Positions 13,020-24,393 of a stretch of 64,000 nucleotides of DNA are shown here, in pieces. Under the pieces are notes generated by a model, which ran no database searches, was not told the DNA's origin, and was given only the letters and a program-made list of their open reading frames with translations. Location of the stretch: NCBI GenBank assembly GCA_010909165.1, contig VJWM01000266.1, forward strand, positions 115,921-179,920, written 5' to 3'. How positions within the stretch are numbered: position 1 is the stretch's first letter; every line of letters starts with the position of its first letter. The DNA is from Anthoceros angustus. Lineage: Eukaryota > Plantae > Anthocerotophyta. The translations under genes were made by a program, and so were the position numbers.

Positions 13020-13830
13020 TAGGAAAGCTCGAGGCGGACACATGCGTGGGTGGTGCTACCGCATAATGGCACAGACCTTTGCCGCATGTGGCATAACCCC
13101 TGCTAGGCACAATGCGATGGCCTAAATATGCCAACGTGTCCATGCCAAACTCACACTTGGCTGGGTGGCATGTGAGCCTTCCTTAGCCTCTTGAATAGGT
13201 CTTCGAGATGCTCCAGGTGTGACTCAAAGTCTGGGCTATGTACCAGTACGTCATCGATATAACACAGCATGTTAGCAGCTCCTGCTAACACCTTGTCCAT
13301 CACCCTCTGGAAGGTGACCGGTGCGTTTCTGAAGCCGAAGGGCATAACCAGCCACTCCCACAGCTGCTGAGAGCCATGAAAAGCGGTCTTGTGAATGTCC
13401 TCCTCCGTGATAGGGATTTGGTTGAATCCCTGCCTCAAATCCAGCGTTGCGAAGAATGTTGACCTGCCTATGTTGTCAAACAGCTCCTCAGGTGTCGGCA
13501 TAGGGTACCGTCTCCGGGTGGCTGCGTTGATAGGTCGATAGTCTCACATGCGCTCCGCCCAAAGCCCTTGTCCTTTTTCGGATGGACCGTGGTCAAAACT
13601 GAGACGGCGATCACCGTCAGAAAGTTCGACACCGTCGTCCACGTTGCCATTCGGACTTGCTCATCAGACGCCCGTAGATGGGTTCGGTGGTCGACGATTG
13701 AACTTCATAATGTTGCAGCGCTTGAGCTCTTGCATAGAAAATGCAAAGCAATCTGCATACTCGCTAATAAGTCCCGTCAACCTCTGCTTCTGTTGGTCAT
13801 CCAGCTGAGGTCCCATGGTCCAGGGGAACC
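13020..13830 (-). pseudogene. pol: Reverse transcriptase (Ty3/Gypsy), frameshifted
   Basis: FATLDLRQGFNQI...KTAF...MPFGFRNAPVTFQRVMD...CYIDDVLV (ORF 13151-13501). Upstream is the pre-RT segment LTGLISEYADCFAFSMQEL. Confidence 0.97.
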
Positions 13831-14094
13831 TAGCAGCGGTTTGTGACTCCTTCCCCACTTCAGGCAGTGCCGAATTTCCTCCCTTGTCCACATCCGGCGG
13901 TGATGCTGACAAGGTGTGTTTCTGAAAGTTGGGGCAATTAGACCATTTTGGAACATACTCCCCCCCCCCAGCATTGAGCCGATAGTTCAAGTGAGTGAAC
14001 CACAGGAAGGCGGTGCCTGCATCGGTGACAGTGAAAAGAGCGGCATCACGGGGGCCGGTGGCTGGCAGGTCGGTACGGAATGCCGAGGACGGAT

Positions 14095-15010
14095 GCTAAC
14101 CAACCAGGTGATGGCATGCAGATCCATGGCCTTCCCTAAGGCCGCTTGACGTTGAGCCTGCGTGGCCGGTTGTGCGGTGGCAGGTTTTAAAGCCATGGCT
14201 CGCTCCCGTTCCTCAACAGTGGGTTCCTCCCAGATCTGGGTGTTCACATTCAGCAACAAGCCATTGCCCTGGCCTCTATACGCATAAGATCCGGAAGCGA
14301 TAGCGTCGGCGTGCACCTAGATTTACCCGGCGTGTTGGTAGGGAACCATGGGGCCCTCTCTGGAGCGTGCACCGGCCGAGGCTGGTGAAATGATTCCAGC
14401 ACATCTGTGAGGCATAAGTTGATGTCCCGTTTGGTATGTTGTAAGGTGAGCTCCAACACGGACAAGGGCACTAAGTTTGTCCAGTAATTGCGCAGCCAGT
14501 GTGCGTAACTGCCCACTTGTGCTGCATCCATGAGCAAAGGTGGCCCAACCATATGCTGAATAATAGCCATGTCTTGCTGAAGTTGCGGTCGCGAGTCTAA
14601 CTGAGCTGGTGCATTCTCAAGCAAGTATGCAACTCCTGGGTTGTTCTGTTGTGCCCATCGCAAGATGCGACAGAGCTCCCGAAACAATCCTGATCGTGGG
14701 TCCTGAAGGCTGCTCCTTTGCCGACCTGTGAACCCCACGGCCTCGGCGGCTATGATGAAATCCACCGCCCAAGGGCTCGTACATCTTGTTGGTTGGATGT
14801 AGCGAACATCTTGAGGCAGTGCACTAAAGGCATTGTGAACTGCGGTCTCTGTAAATGTTGGATAGTCCCTAAAAACCATGAACCACGAAGGCCAATCATT
14901 TGCTGGGCACTCTGTCTAATAAGCATAGTGTTGAACCTTGATGCCCAGTTTCAATAAAACTTGAGGACACTTGAGATACCCCAAATAATTCCAGCACCGT
15001 AATGCCATCC
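14095..15010 (-). pseudogene. DNMT3-like C5 cytosine methyltransferase domain embedded in pol
   Basis: Motif I GITVLELFG; IV region VDFIIA..GF...LQDPRSGLF (catalytic Cys not readable in this copy); VI YLLENAP; VIII DAAQVGSYAHWLRNYWTNL; IX EEPTVEERERAM; X ALGKAMDL. Confidence 0.92.
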
Positions 15011-15239
15011 TCATGGTCGGGCCGGATAGTGTGTGATCCATGTCTGGCGGTTGCGATTCTGAAGTCTTCGTGATCCTCGCCCAATGTAAGCTCCTCATGC
15101 AAGATGGTAACCGCACGTGTGACCTGCTCTTGTGCCTGCAGTTTTAACCCCCGTAGGCCGTCTCTGCTAGGTGAAGCTGGTGTTGCTGAGAATGCCGCTG
15201 CTACTTCAGCCTCATCACATTCTTCATCTTCACATGCTG

Positions 15240-15370
15240 CTAAGGCGCGCCCAATGATCACTGGCTGAGCCCCGGTGTCTAATAACACCACCTTCGGGGC
15301 ATAGCCATTGACTAAGACCTGACCCTCGCGATTATCCACTAGCGCATTGTTGACTTTGGCTGCCGCCCTA
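15240..15370 (-). CDS. pol: Aspartic protease, N-terminal part
   Basis: ALVDNREGQVLVNGYAPKVVLLDTGAQPVIIGR contains the DTG active site. The C-terminal half appears deleted relative to the family-2 copies. Confidence 0.85.
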
Positions 15371-15499
15371 TTGGTGGGTTGCACCACGGGTTGTTCCTAA
15401 ACTCTGAGGCAGTTGGGTGAGCTTCAGCTTTTTGCCGAGCTTACTAGGCATGACCATACTTCTAGCTGGTTTGAGAACCCGGACAAGTTGAATTGTCAT

Positions 15500-18400
15500 T
15501 CCCCACCGTTTAACAACAATATGCGCACCGACCTCATTCTACCTGCCCGGCGAAAATCGGGTTGTCCACACCCGTTTGGCCAGCTCAGGCCCATGCATCA
15601 GGGTGGTGACCCAGGTCAGCCAGCTTTATCATCGAGTGGATTCGACTGACCTTCTCGGCTCGAGGCGATCTGAATACGGGGAGATGGTCTTCCTCTCGCT
15701 GGGCTGTAGGGACAGTGGTAGCGGTTCAAAAGACTTAGGCATGACTGCTCTAGCCCCTCGTAACCTAGTGTGGACTCCTTGAGTCTGGGTGGCCAACACT
15801 TGTCCTACCCATGAACTGGGGAGAGCCTGCACTGGTTCCTCTCCTTCTAGTGCCTGCTCACTAGGAATGGTGTGGGTGGCACAAGCCTCATATGTTGGCC
15901 CGTAATCCTCCTCCTGGCTCCGCTATACGGTGACTGCAATCCCGCAACTGAGCAGTGGTCAAATTCTTCGTCAATGTGCTCACACAGCTGGCGTTGCCAT
16001 GGCCGTTTCAACAGCGGTCATTTTGTCTCCAGTGACCTTACACTTGGCCTTATCATGATGTACCTCTTGGTGACCTTGGCGGAAGCCGGCTCGACGGGTG
16101 TGGCGTGCGTCGACCTCAGATGCCTCCTGCCTTTGGCAGTCAGCAGAGGTCCCTAATCTCTGCGTTGGTGCTTTTGAAGCACCTACTCATGGGCTTTTGG
16201 CAATGAGTGCAAAACAACGATTCCACTGGGCATTTACAGGCTGGGGACAAATGGTCGGTGCTGCCACACCTGTTGCAGAGGGATACAAAAGTGGCAGCTG
16301 TCACGGGCTTGGTCCTAGCATCCTTGACTTTTGAACTCGCTCCATGACTACCTCCTGAAGTCCCCACTCCTGTTTTGCCTGCGAACATGTTCTGATAATG
16401 GGAGAACGCCTTGGTATGCTTAGAGGCATATGCTGAAAAGGCGATCTCCTTCTTCTCTGCCTCCTGGTAGACTTGGTCCAGCGTATAATTGTCGCCATAC
16501 TTGTCTACCGGTCGTGAGCAATTTGGAAATGAAAAAGTGGGTCGCCCGCCAGAACTTTGAGCCGCTCGATCCGTAAGCATACCGGTTCCATCCTCACTCG
16601 CAAGCTGAAAGCCATCCGCACCGCTTTCACCTTTCTTTCGTGTAAATGCCGTCAACTCCGCTATCTTCTCGGGTCTTCAACGGAAGGCTTTCTCCACGTC
16701 AAGAACTCCTCAACCGGGTTCTCAAACTGGGCACGCCTAAGAACTCATCCAGCCCCGCAGAGCTACACCGATCTTGGGCACTCATGGTCACCACGGTGGG
16801 TGGCGCTATCAGAGCGCGACGCCGTCATCTGCTTGATGGGCAGCCACCGCCAAAGAAATTGTTATAAGCCACCGCAGTGCCGTGATATGCGGGTTTGGCA
16901 TCTTGACCTCGGCCAATAGATCCGCTTGGTGGACCTCATACAGTCCAGCGCTTCATCGACCATGTAGCCAGGCAATTGTTCGAACATGTAGCGATGAGTA
17001 TACGCATTCCCATGCTTGAACTTCACCCTGCTAATCAAGAAATTGTAATAGAGCTTGAAATCTCTAAGAGATTGTGTTCCAGGCCTACCCGAGAACTTCT
17101 CTGACTTGCTCCCTGTTGAGGCAGACCCCTCCATGGTGTCAGACTCAGATCCGTCAGCCTCCCCACCGGAACCTCCAGATGCGGACGCACTATCCCGGTC
17201 GGGGACCAACCATGTTACTGGCGGCGGCGTTAGTCAATCCTCCAACGGGTGCACACACTGCACACCCCTAGCACCACCGGCTCGTGACCTTGTAAACAAC
17301 CCTTGCTCCTCGCTCTCGACTATGGCACCACCAATCCACAGTGGCTAGCTTAGTGGTCAAATTTCTCAATGTGCTCACGGAGCGTTGCCATGGCCGTTTC
17401 CAACGCGGTCATTTTGTCTCCAGCGGCTGCAGCCTTCTGCTTGGCCTTATCCCGCCGGTACTTGCTCTTGGTGACACTGGCGGAAACCGACCCGTGTGGC
17501 GGTAGTGCCGACCTCGGAGTGCCTCCCTTTGTAGTCCCAACGGAGGTCCTCGGCGTATCTGCGTTGGGGTGCTTTTGGAAGCACACACTGACTACATGGC
17601 CTGGCTTTTGGCAATGAGTGCAAAACAACGATTCCAGGCATTTCTGTTTGGGGACAAATGGTCGGTCTTTACCACACTGTGCGGAGGGATACAAAGTGGC
17701 GGTATCACGGGCTTGGTCCTAGCATCCTTGACTTTTGAACTCGCTCCATGACTACCTCCTGAAGTCCCCACTCCTGTTTTGCCTGCGAACATGTTCGATA
17801 ATGGGAACGCCTTGGTATGCTTAGAGGCATATCTTTGAAAAGCGATCTCCTTCTTCTCGCCTCTGATAGACTTGGTCCAGCGTATAATTGTCGCCATACT
17901 TGTCTACCGGTCGTGAGCGACTGGAAATGAAAAAGTGGGTCGACTTCCGGCGCCGAGAACTTTGAGTACACTTCACGATCCGTAAGCATACCGGTTCCAT
18001 CCCAAAACCCTAGCGCTTTGAAAGCCATCCGCACCGCTTTCACCTTTCTTTCGTGTAAATCATCAACTCCGCTATCTTCTCGGGTCTTCAACGGAAGGCT
18101 TTCTCGAATCTTGAAGAACTCCTCAACCGGGTTCTCAAACTTGGGCGTCTAAGAACTCATCGATCCGCGATAGCCACGGCGATCTTGGGCACTCATGGTC
18201 ACCACGGTGGGTGGCGCTACCGTAGCGGCGGGTGCCTCATCGTGATGGGCAGCCACCGCCGACAAATTGTTATAAGCCGGTATGCCGTGATATGCGGGTT
18301 TGGCATCTTGACCTCGGCCAATAGATCCGCTTGGTGGACCTCATACAGTCCAGCGCTTCATCGACCATGTAGCGAGGCAATTGTTCGAACATGTAGCGAT

Positions 18401-18835
18401 GAGTATCGCATTCCCATGCTTGAACTTCACCCGCTAATCAAGAAATTGTAATAGAGCTTGAAATCTCTAAGATTGTGTTCGAGCCTGAGAACTTCTCGAC
18501 TTGCTCCTGTTGAGGCGGACCCCTCCATGGTGTCGGACTCGGATCCGACCTCCCCACGGAACCTCCGGATGCGGTGCACTATCCCGTGGGACCAACCATG
18601 TTACTGGCGGCGGGCGTTAGTCAATCCTCCAGCGGGTGCACACGGCACACCTAGCACCAGCACCAGCTCGGGTGACCTTGTAAACAACCCTTGCTCCTGT
18701 TTTTCAGCTTCCTTAGCAACGAATGCGCCGCCCTCGAGCTCCACTCCGCTCCGGCCAAGGTCGTCGAGGTACAGCTCTGCTCCGCAACTGGTAAGCTGGC
18801 TCTGAGTCTCCCTCGTCCGATGGCATGCCCCATGC
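15500..18835 (-). pseudogene. gag: Gag of the DNMT-Gypsy with a ~1.39 kb internal tandem duplication (15915-17308 / 17303-18698)
   Basis: EKFSGRPGTQSLRDFK...LPGYMVDEAL; YTLDQVYQEAEKKE; paired zinc knuckles ending FCTHCQKPGHVVSVCFQKHP; MPKSFEPLP. Most motifs occur twice. Confidence 0.85.
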
Positions 18836-18869
18836 ACCCACCAACCGGCGTATGAACCCAGTTAGTGCG

Positions 18870-20022
18870 CCCAGTCTAACGGTCGCCCATCGTGATAGTG
18901 CAGTAGCGACAACCAGAGTGAAAACTCCTGTCCTTATTTAGACCTCAAGGTTGCATTCCCCAAGGTCGTGAGAGTTAGCTCTGGGCAAGCCTGATCACTG
19001 ATACACGCGTTGCCCGGGTTACTGTTTGAGTTGCAGTAAGTGCATAGCAATCAGCAGCCGTTCATGCCCACAAACGTCAATCACTCCCACAACAGACACT
19101 CCAATTGCGACAGATTGAATGCACTTGACAAGTTGTTTGCGTGAGTGTACTACCGAAGCTCGAACGCTCACCAGCTTCCAGCCTATGACTTCTAACAAGC
19201 GATCTCCTAAGGTCAAGGCTTGCACTTAGCCGTTGGTTCTCTCTCCGCGCTACGCATGCTCATATCCTGCTTTTCCCATGCGCCGGGATGGCGCCCCGCA
19301 TACATATGCTTCACCGAGTCGACGTCCGGGACTTGTGTTGATCCGCCTGCGTCACCCCGCCTCCAAATTTAGGATTTGCAAGTCGTCTGACGTTTCCGCC
19401 GTGAAGTTAATCGCTAGTGTGACCTAGTGCCCATCCGAGCCGATGATCAAGAGCCACGTGGTGGCTAACCCTAACCCTAGCGCCGCTTAACTAATCACTC
19501 CACAACAGACACTCCGGACAATTGCGCGAGATTGAATGCGAAATTGACAAGTTGTTTGCGTGAGCAACTACTGTTGAGCTCGAGCGTTCACGGTTTCCAG
19601 CTATGACTTCTAACAACTGATTCTCCTAAGGCCGAAGGCTTGCACTTAGCTGTTGGTTCTCTCTCCTGGCGGTTACGCGTTCATCCCGTTTTCCCATGCG
19701 CCGGGGATGGCAGTCCTGTCCACATAATGCTTCAGCTGGAGTCGACGTCCGGGGACTTGTGTTGATCCGCCCGCGCGTCACCCTGCTCCAGCTGGGATTT
19801 GCAAGCCCGTCCTTGACAGCCCTGCCGTGAAGCACTGCTAGTGTGACCTAGTGCCCATCCGAGCTGATGATCAAGTGCGAGCCACGTGGTGGCTAACCTA
19901 ACCCTAGCGCGCTTAACTAACTACCTCCCGTCTCACTTATTATCTAAATAACAAATGAATAGCTGATACGCTCTATCCTACCTTGGGCATGTGTCGGACA
20001 CAGTCGGCACTTCAGCTTGTCA
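18870..20022 (-). repeat. 5' LTR of the DNMT-Gypsy, with a ~420 bp internal duplication and ~130 bp missing at the left
   Basis: Similar to 9990-10714. tcactcc(c)acaacagacactcc recurs at ~19081 and ~19495. Confidence 0.8.
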
Positions 20023-20140
20023 TAGGAGGTAGCGTCTCTTGGCACAAACCATTCCCTTCGGAACGAATCCTAGGCATACAACGACATTGAGGGTGAATGT
20101 GGACCTCATGGTGTCTCTAGACACGGGTTGTCATTCCACA

Positions 20141-20161
20141 TTTTGGCACCGTTGCCGGGGA
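20141..20161 (+). promoter_or_regulatory. Primer-binding site, Athila-type (tRNA-Asp-like)
   Basis: ...CCACA|TTTTGGCACCGTTGCCGGGGA matches the Athila-type PBS TGGCGCCGTTGCCGGGGA. Confidence 0.85.
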
Positions 20162-20322
20162 ATGAAACTGCTGTCAAGGATGTAGGTGAACTAACCGTAG
20201 CCTAGGTAGAGAGTCTGATATTAATAGATTGATAGATGGATGCCTCGGGGGAAGACAAGTGACTCTGGGTCAGACTGTGGGGAAACGCCCTTAGCAAGGC
20301 GGCAACCATGCTCGTCAAGGGG

Positions 20323-20660
20323 GGCGCCGGCATGCCAGCGCCCCTCTTCTTCACCATGCACGATGAGAGGGGCGCTGGCATGCCGGCGCCCCCCTTCTTC
20401 CCGATGTCGGCCAAGCGGGGCCTGGCATGCCGGCGCCCACTACTCGTCTTCGCTGTCCACTCCAGCCTCACTACGAGCCTCCACACCACCCAATGTGCTA
20501 GGGTGTCTCCGGCCTTGGGATCCCGAAGTAAGGGCGCCGGCATGCCGGCGTCCTCCATCTCCTACAGCGGCGTCGAAACCAGTCACAAACCACCCGACCT
20601 GTGGGGTTCCCAGTGACTCTCTTTCCCGCGAGGGTGGTGGGGCACCAGCATGCCGGCGCC
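20323..20660. repeat. Five copies of a ~20 bp GC palindrome (consensus GGCGCCGGCATGCCGGCGCC)
   Basis: Copies start at 20323, 20371, 20419, 20533 and 20641, each with 1-2 differences from the perfect palindrome. Confidence 0.9.
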
Positions 20661-21991
20661 CCACTTCCTCTACCGGGATATATGGGATAGTAAGGATATC
20701 CATTGACGCCCCAGGGAGGTCCAACCTGACCTCCCCATCTCGACCTTCTCCCCCATGCCCCGAAGTCTCATCATCTGAATGTCCCAAAACATCCGGCACT
20801 GGCCCATCTTCTTCATCCGATGGCCCAAACTCATTCTCCTCTTCGTCATCGACAAATGCCACTTCCCCTTGTGCAAAAACACCAAGTCCTTGGCGCGTTA
20901 TCCGGTATGAAACTTCCCGCCTGTGAGTTTTGATGGAGGAGGTTATGGCTTCGCACAGTTTTCTGTACACTGCTCTTCCAGCCTGAACAGATCAAACCAG
21001 GATCAGCAAGAGAAAGAGCAGGCAAGGTGAAGCATTTCTCCATTTCGAAACAACAAGAAATGCTAAAAAAAGGTTGTGTTGGGTGGCACTCACACTCTCA
21101 GCACGCAACGATTCTCGAAATTTCAGGGACAAGGCTCACGGCTCACACTTGCGGGCATTGAAGTTGGCCAGACTCACTGTAAACACACTGTAATCTTCTG
21201 TTGTTACTGGAAGAGTGTTGAATTCATAGGGCCTTCCAGTGCATAGGAGCTCTAGCTCACTCCCCCCCTTGTACTTTTAGACAGCGCTCCAGTCTTCTCA
21301 TGTGACAATTATAGCAACAGAGCTCCTAAATTGCAGCCATAGATTTGAGTGGTTGCTGCAAGCATGTGGCCATATCCCATCCATTATTCCGCACAGCCAG
21401 CCATAACCTCTAATTTCTATCGTAGCCATCAATCCCCACCATGAATCTAAGGACCCTTTCCATCCATCTTGCACAAATTCAAGACCTTAGCTGGCTCGCC
21501 CCAAGAAGGCTCTTTAGTCATCAATCCTTCAGCTCCTGTGCAAGAACAACATTCGTTGCATCTCCTTGGCCCTAGGCGCTCCCATAGATACCATCCTACC
21601 TAGCAAAACCAAAGGAAAAAGCTCAATCCTCAGCCTCCAAAACCCATGCGCCGGGCTGCGCCTACAACCCCCTACTAAGCACTCTCCCGATCAGCTCCCG
21701 TGTGTCTTTTGCAAATATAAGCTCATACTCCTCACACAAAAAGCACCCCATCTGAGCGCTCATCTGTCCATAGGACGCTTAACTTCTTATACTCCGATAT
21801 TCAACACACCAAGTTCCCTCTTGCACATGCTCTCTAAATAAATTTTACTCATACCCTATTGAACTCCTCACCAAGCTCCTTCTCAACATTTCTCCTTAGC
21901 GAACTCCTCCACCAACTTTCGAATCAGCCTACCTTGCTGCCCGATTCTCCTCGCGCCCACCACAACCACCTCCCTTCACACCTACTTGCAG

Positions 21992-24393
21992 CTGTCGCAC
22001 GAGGTAAGCACTTGAATTCATATAAGCACTTCCTCGACCAACAACCAAGCAAACAAATCTAATACGTAGATATATAACAACAAGAGGGAGTAACATAAGC
22101 ACCCTAGATTAATTAACACTAATAAATGCTTAATTAACATAAGCACCTTAGATTAATTAACACTAATTACTTACTTAAAGATAAGTAATTAGATTAATTA
22201 ATGCTAATCAAACACTAAACCCAAGTGCGTAGATTAGTATCACACGGCATGATGCCGCATGAGGTAAGCACTTGAATTCATATAAGCACTTCCTCGACCA
22301 ACAACCAAGCAAACAAATCTAATACGCAGATATATAGGTGCAACCAATCCCCCCCTGATAATGTGAGACTCTAAGTCAAAACATTATCATTAGTAGGACT
22401 ACACACGTACGCACCTCATGTAGCGCATTGTGCACAAAACCAATCTCCTTCGGGAATGTCGTCCAGAGGTTATGAACCTTGTCCATGAGTGGAGGGTTGT
22501 CTTCAGCATCCTCATGCGCCTGTCATATGGACTACTCTCCCCCCGTTGCTCGCCATTTTCTTCTTGCCTTATCGAGCCTCTCGGAACACGTTCCTTGATT
22601 AGTTCTATGTGGAACTTCCCTTTGGTGTACTTCCCCATCTCCGCGAGCGTGAAAGCAAACACATGTCGCGATGCCTCCAACAACTCCTTTAGCCGACGCT
22701 TGATTGCTCTTCAACTCGACGCTGTTAACCACTCATGTGGCGTGGCTCGATGGCTTGCACGCCTCTACGTGCTCACTCTCCTTGCCTCCAAACTCGCCTT
22801 CGCTTGAGATGCGAGGAAATGTCCTTCACCCACCGAACCCCGCTTCAACCCCGCCTTCTTCCGGTTTCGTTGGTAAGCGACTCCGCTAAACAACCAGTCA
22901 TCATGTTCATGTCAAATGCTTGCCCAAGCAATCGACACTGCTCCTTCTCGGTCACTCCGGTGTCTTCGTGGCTCAGATCAATCCCATGGCCAACTCCTCT
23001 GTGCTGTTGGCTCTCCCAAGGCCTCGCCATGTCCGTCCACCACAACGCCGGGCCATGGTTCCAAGGCGTAAGACTTGGACTTGACACAAAGGTTGGCCAA
23101 GCCGCCATGGGGTGTCCAGCGTGTTCACAGTGCGCGGCGTCGCCTTGATGACTTGTTGGGCATGCCTTCCGATGCTAGCACATCCTTGACAACATGATTA
23201 GGTCGCTTGGTGAACGACCTCGACACTTCAAATGTTCCAAGGGAGCAAGGTTAGTCCACATGGACCTCAACCTATGAGCCCTCGAACCAAATTGAGTGCA
23301 TCCAATAGAAGCTCGACCCAACACTCCTCGGATCGTGGCAAAGTCCTCCGAACTTGCTTCTTCACGCTCATGCATGCCGGCACATTCTCCAACATGTATC
23401 CACAAGGCCTTTCTTGCCCTTTCTGGATCAAGCGCAAGATCCTCATCAGGTCATAGAACAATGCTGTTCGTGGATCCTTCAGACCTTGACCCTTGCCTCG
23501 CAGAGGATAGTCCTGACACTCCCAACCCCGCGATGACAAGGTCCATTTGCCCAAGACAACTCAAATGGGACAACCCTATCATGCGAACATCCATCTCTTA
23601 ACCCTTCACCGACTCCCACGCCGGAGGTTAGGTACTCCCCATCAAGTCTCTTACGCTGTGACACAATCCTTGCTTTTGGATCCGGGTCACAATGCACGAT
23701 CTTCGCACTTTGATGCCACACTTTAGCACCGCCCAAGCCGATCGATGCCTCCAAAGAGTTCCACGAGCACTATGCCGCCTTCCCGAGGTCGCCATGTGAT
23801 GACCGGGTGTTTAGGTCACAAACAGCTCAACCCTAGGCAAGAACCATGCAGCCGGCTCATAGGACACCGGGTCCTCTTGCACCATCCTCCATGCCTTTTG
23901 CACGGCTCATTGCCATCACCACTCCGTGACTTGAAGAACCTCCTCCGAGGGTGGTTGCAACCCTAGCTTGTCTTCCTCCTCCTCGAAATCCTCCATCGCC
24001 GGGCCATGGGTTGTTAGACACACGCCAAGAGGTTCAAGCACGTATGGCGTGTCCTTCACCACGGCGCCAAACACTGGGTAGACGCTGTTGGCAATGAGGT
24101 TCTCATGATCCTTGCCATGCAGCTGCAGAGGGATGCGGCAATCCGCTCATGCTTTTGCTCCAGCCTTCTCCACCGGTCGATAGTCGCCTCCGTCCACAAA
24201 TCCACCATGACTGTGTTTGTACAAAGCGTCCGCCCCAAAGAAGACATCAAATGTGTCGCATCGTGACCAAGCAGGTACCTCGACAAAGGTGAAGTCTGCT
24301 TCTTGGTTTGAATGAAACCTTCAGCTTGTACCTTGTCACCCCAACACATGCTCGTGGTCCCAGCTGGTCCGGATCTTTCACTTGGTTTCCTTC
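21992..24393 (-). mobile_element. Family-2 (Gag-PR-DNMT) element, copy 0: inverted and 5'-truncated within the protease
   Basis: Reverse complement of ~27795-29990. PPT aggggggga at ~22349-22357 (minus) and a partial LTR at 21992-22348. Confidence 0.88.
22885..23776 (-). pseudogene. DNMT3-like C5 methyltransferase domain (family 2, copy 0)
   Basis: GIVLVELFGGID; GWECQD..GKGQGLKDPRTALFYDLMRIL; GYMLENVP; QFGSRAHRLRSMWTNL; RLLGQAFDMNMM. Confidence 0.92.

Larger units (their letters stand above)
9864..20022 (-). mobile_element. Ty3/Gypsy LTR retrotransposon, Gag-PR-DNMT-RT-RNaseH-INT-PHD
   Basis: Two LTR copies (9864-10714; ~18870-20022). Candidate TSD TAGG at 9860-9863 and 20023-20026. Gypsy domain order with a C5-MTase between PR and RT. 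Confidence 0.9.
8672..20140 (+). mobile_element. 5' LTR of an Athila-like Gypsy element (8672-9863 + 20023-20140), interrupted by the DNMT-Gypsy
   Basis: TGTGAAG start and ...CATTCCACA end, immediately followed by a PBS. (A)TAGG flanks both sides of the nested insertion. Confidence 0.65.

Noticed and set aside
14095-15010. Bacterial restriction-modification methylase or contamination
   Set aside because: The domain is co-linear within Gypsy pol, has a DNMT3-type motif VIII, and has no neighbouring endonuclease or bacterial genes.
18855-18873. Possible PBS of the DNMT-Gypsy (TGGGCGCACTAACTGGGTT on minus)
   Set aside because: The position fits, but the LTR edge is deleted here and I cannot match it to a specific tRNA.
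19463-19480. ctaaccctaaccctag as an interstitial telomere
   Set aside because: Only about two units, inside an LTR; at most a telo-box-like motif.
21000-21990. Possible host gene or promoter between elements
   Set aside because: No convincing ORF or splice pattern; most likely retroelement internal sequence.
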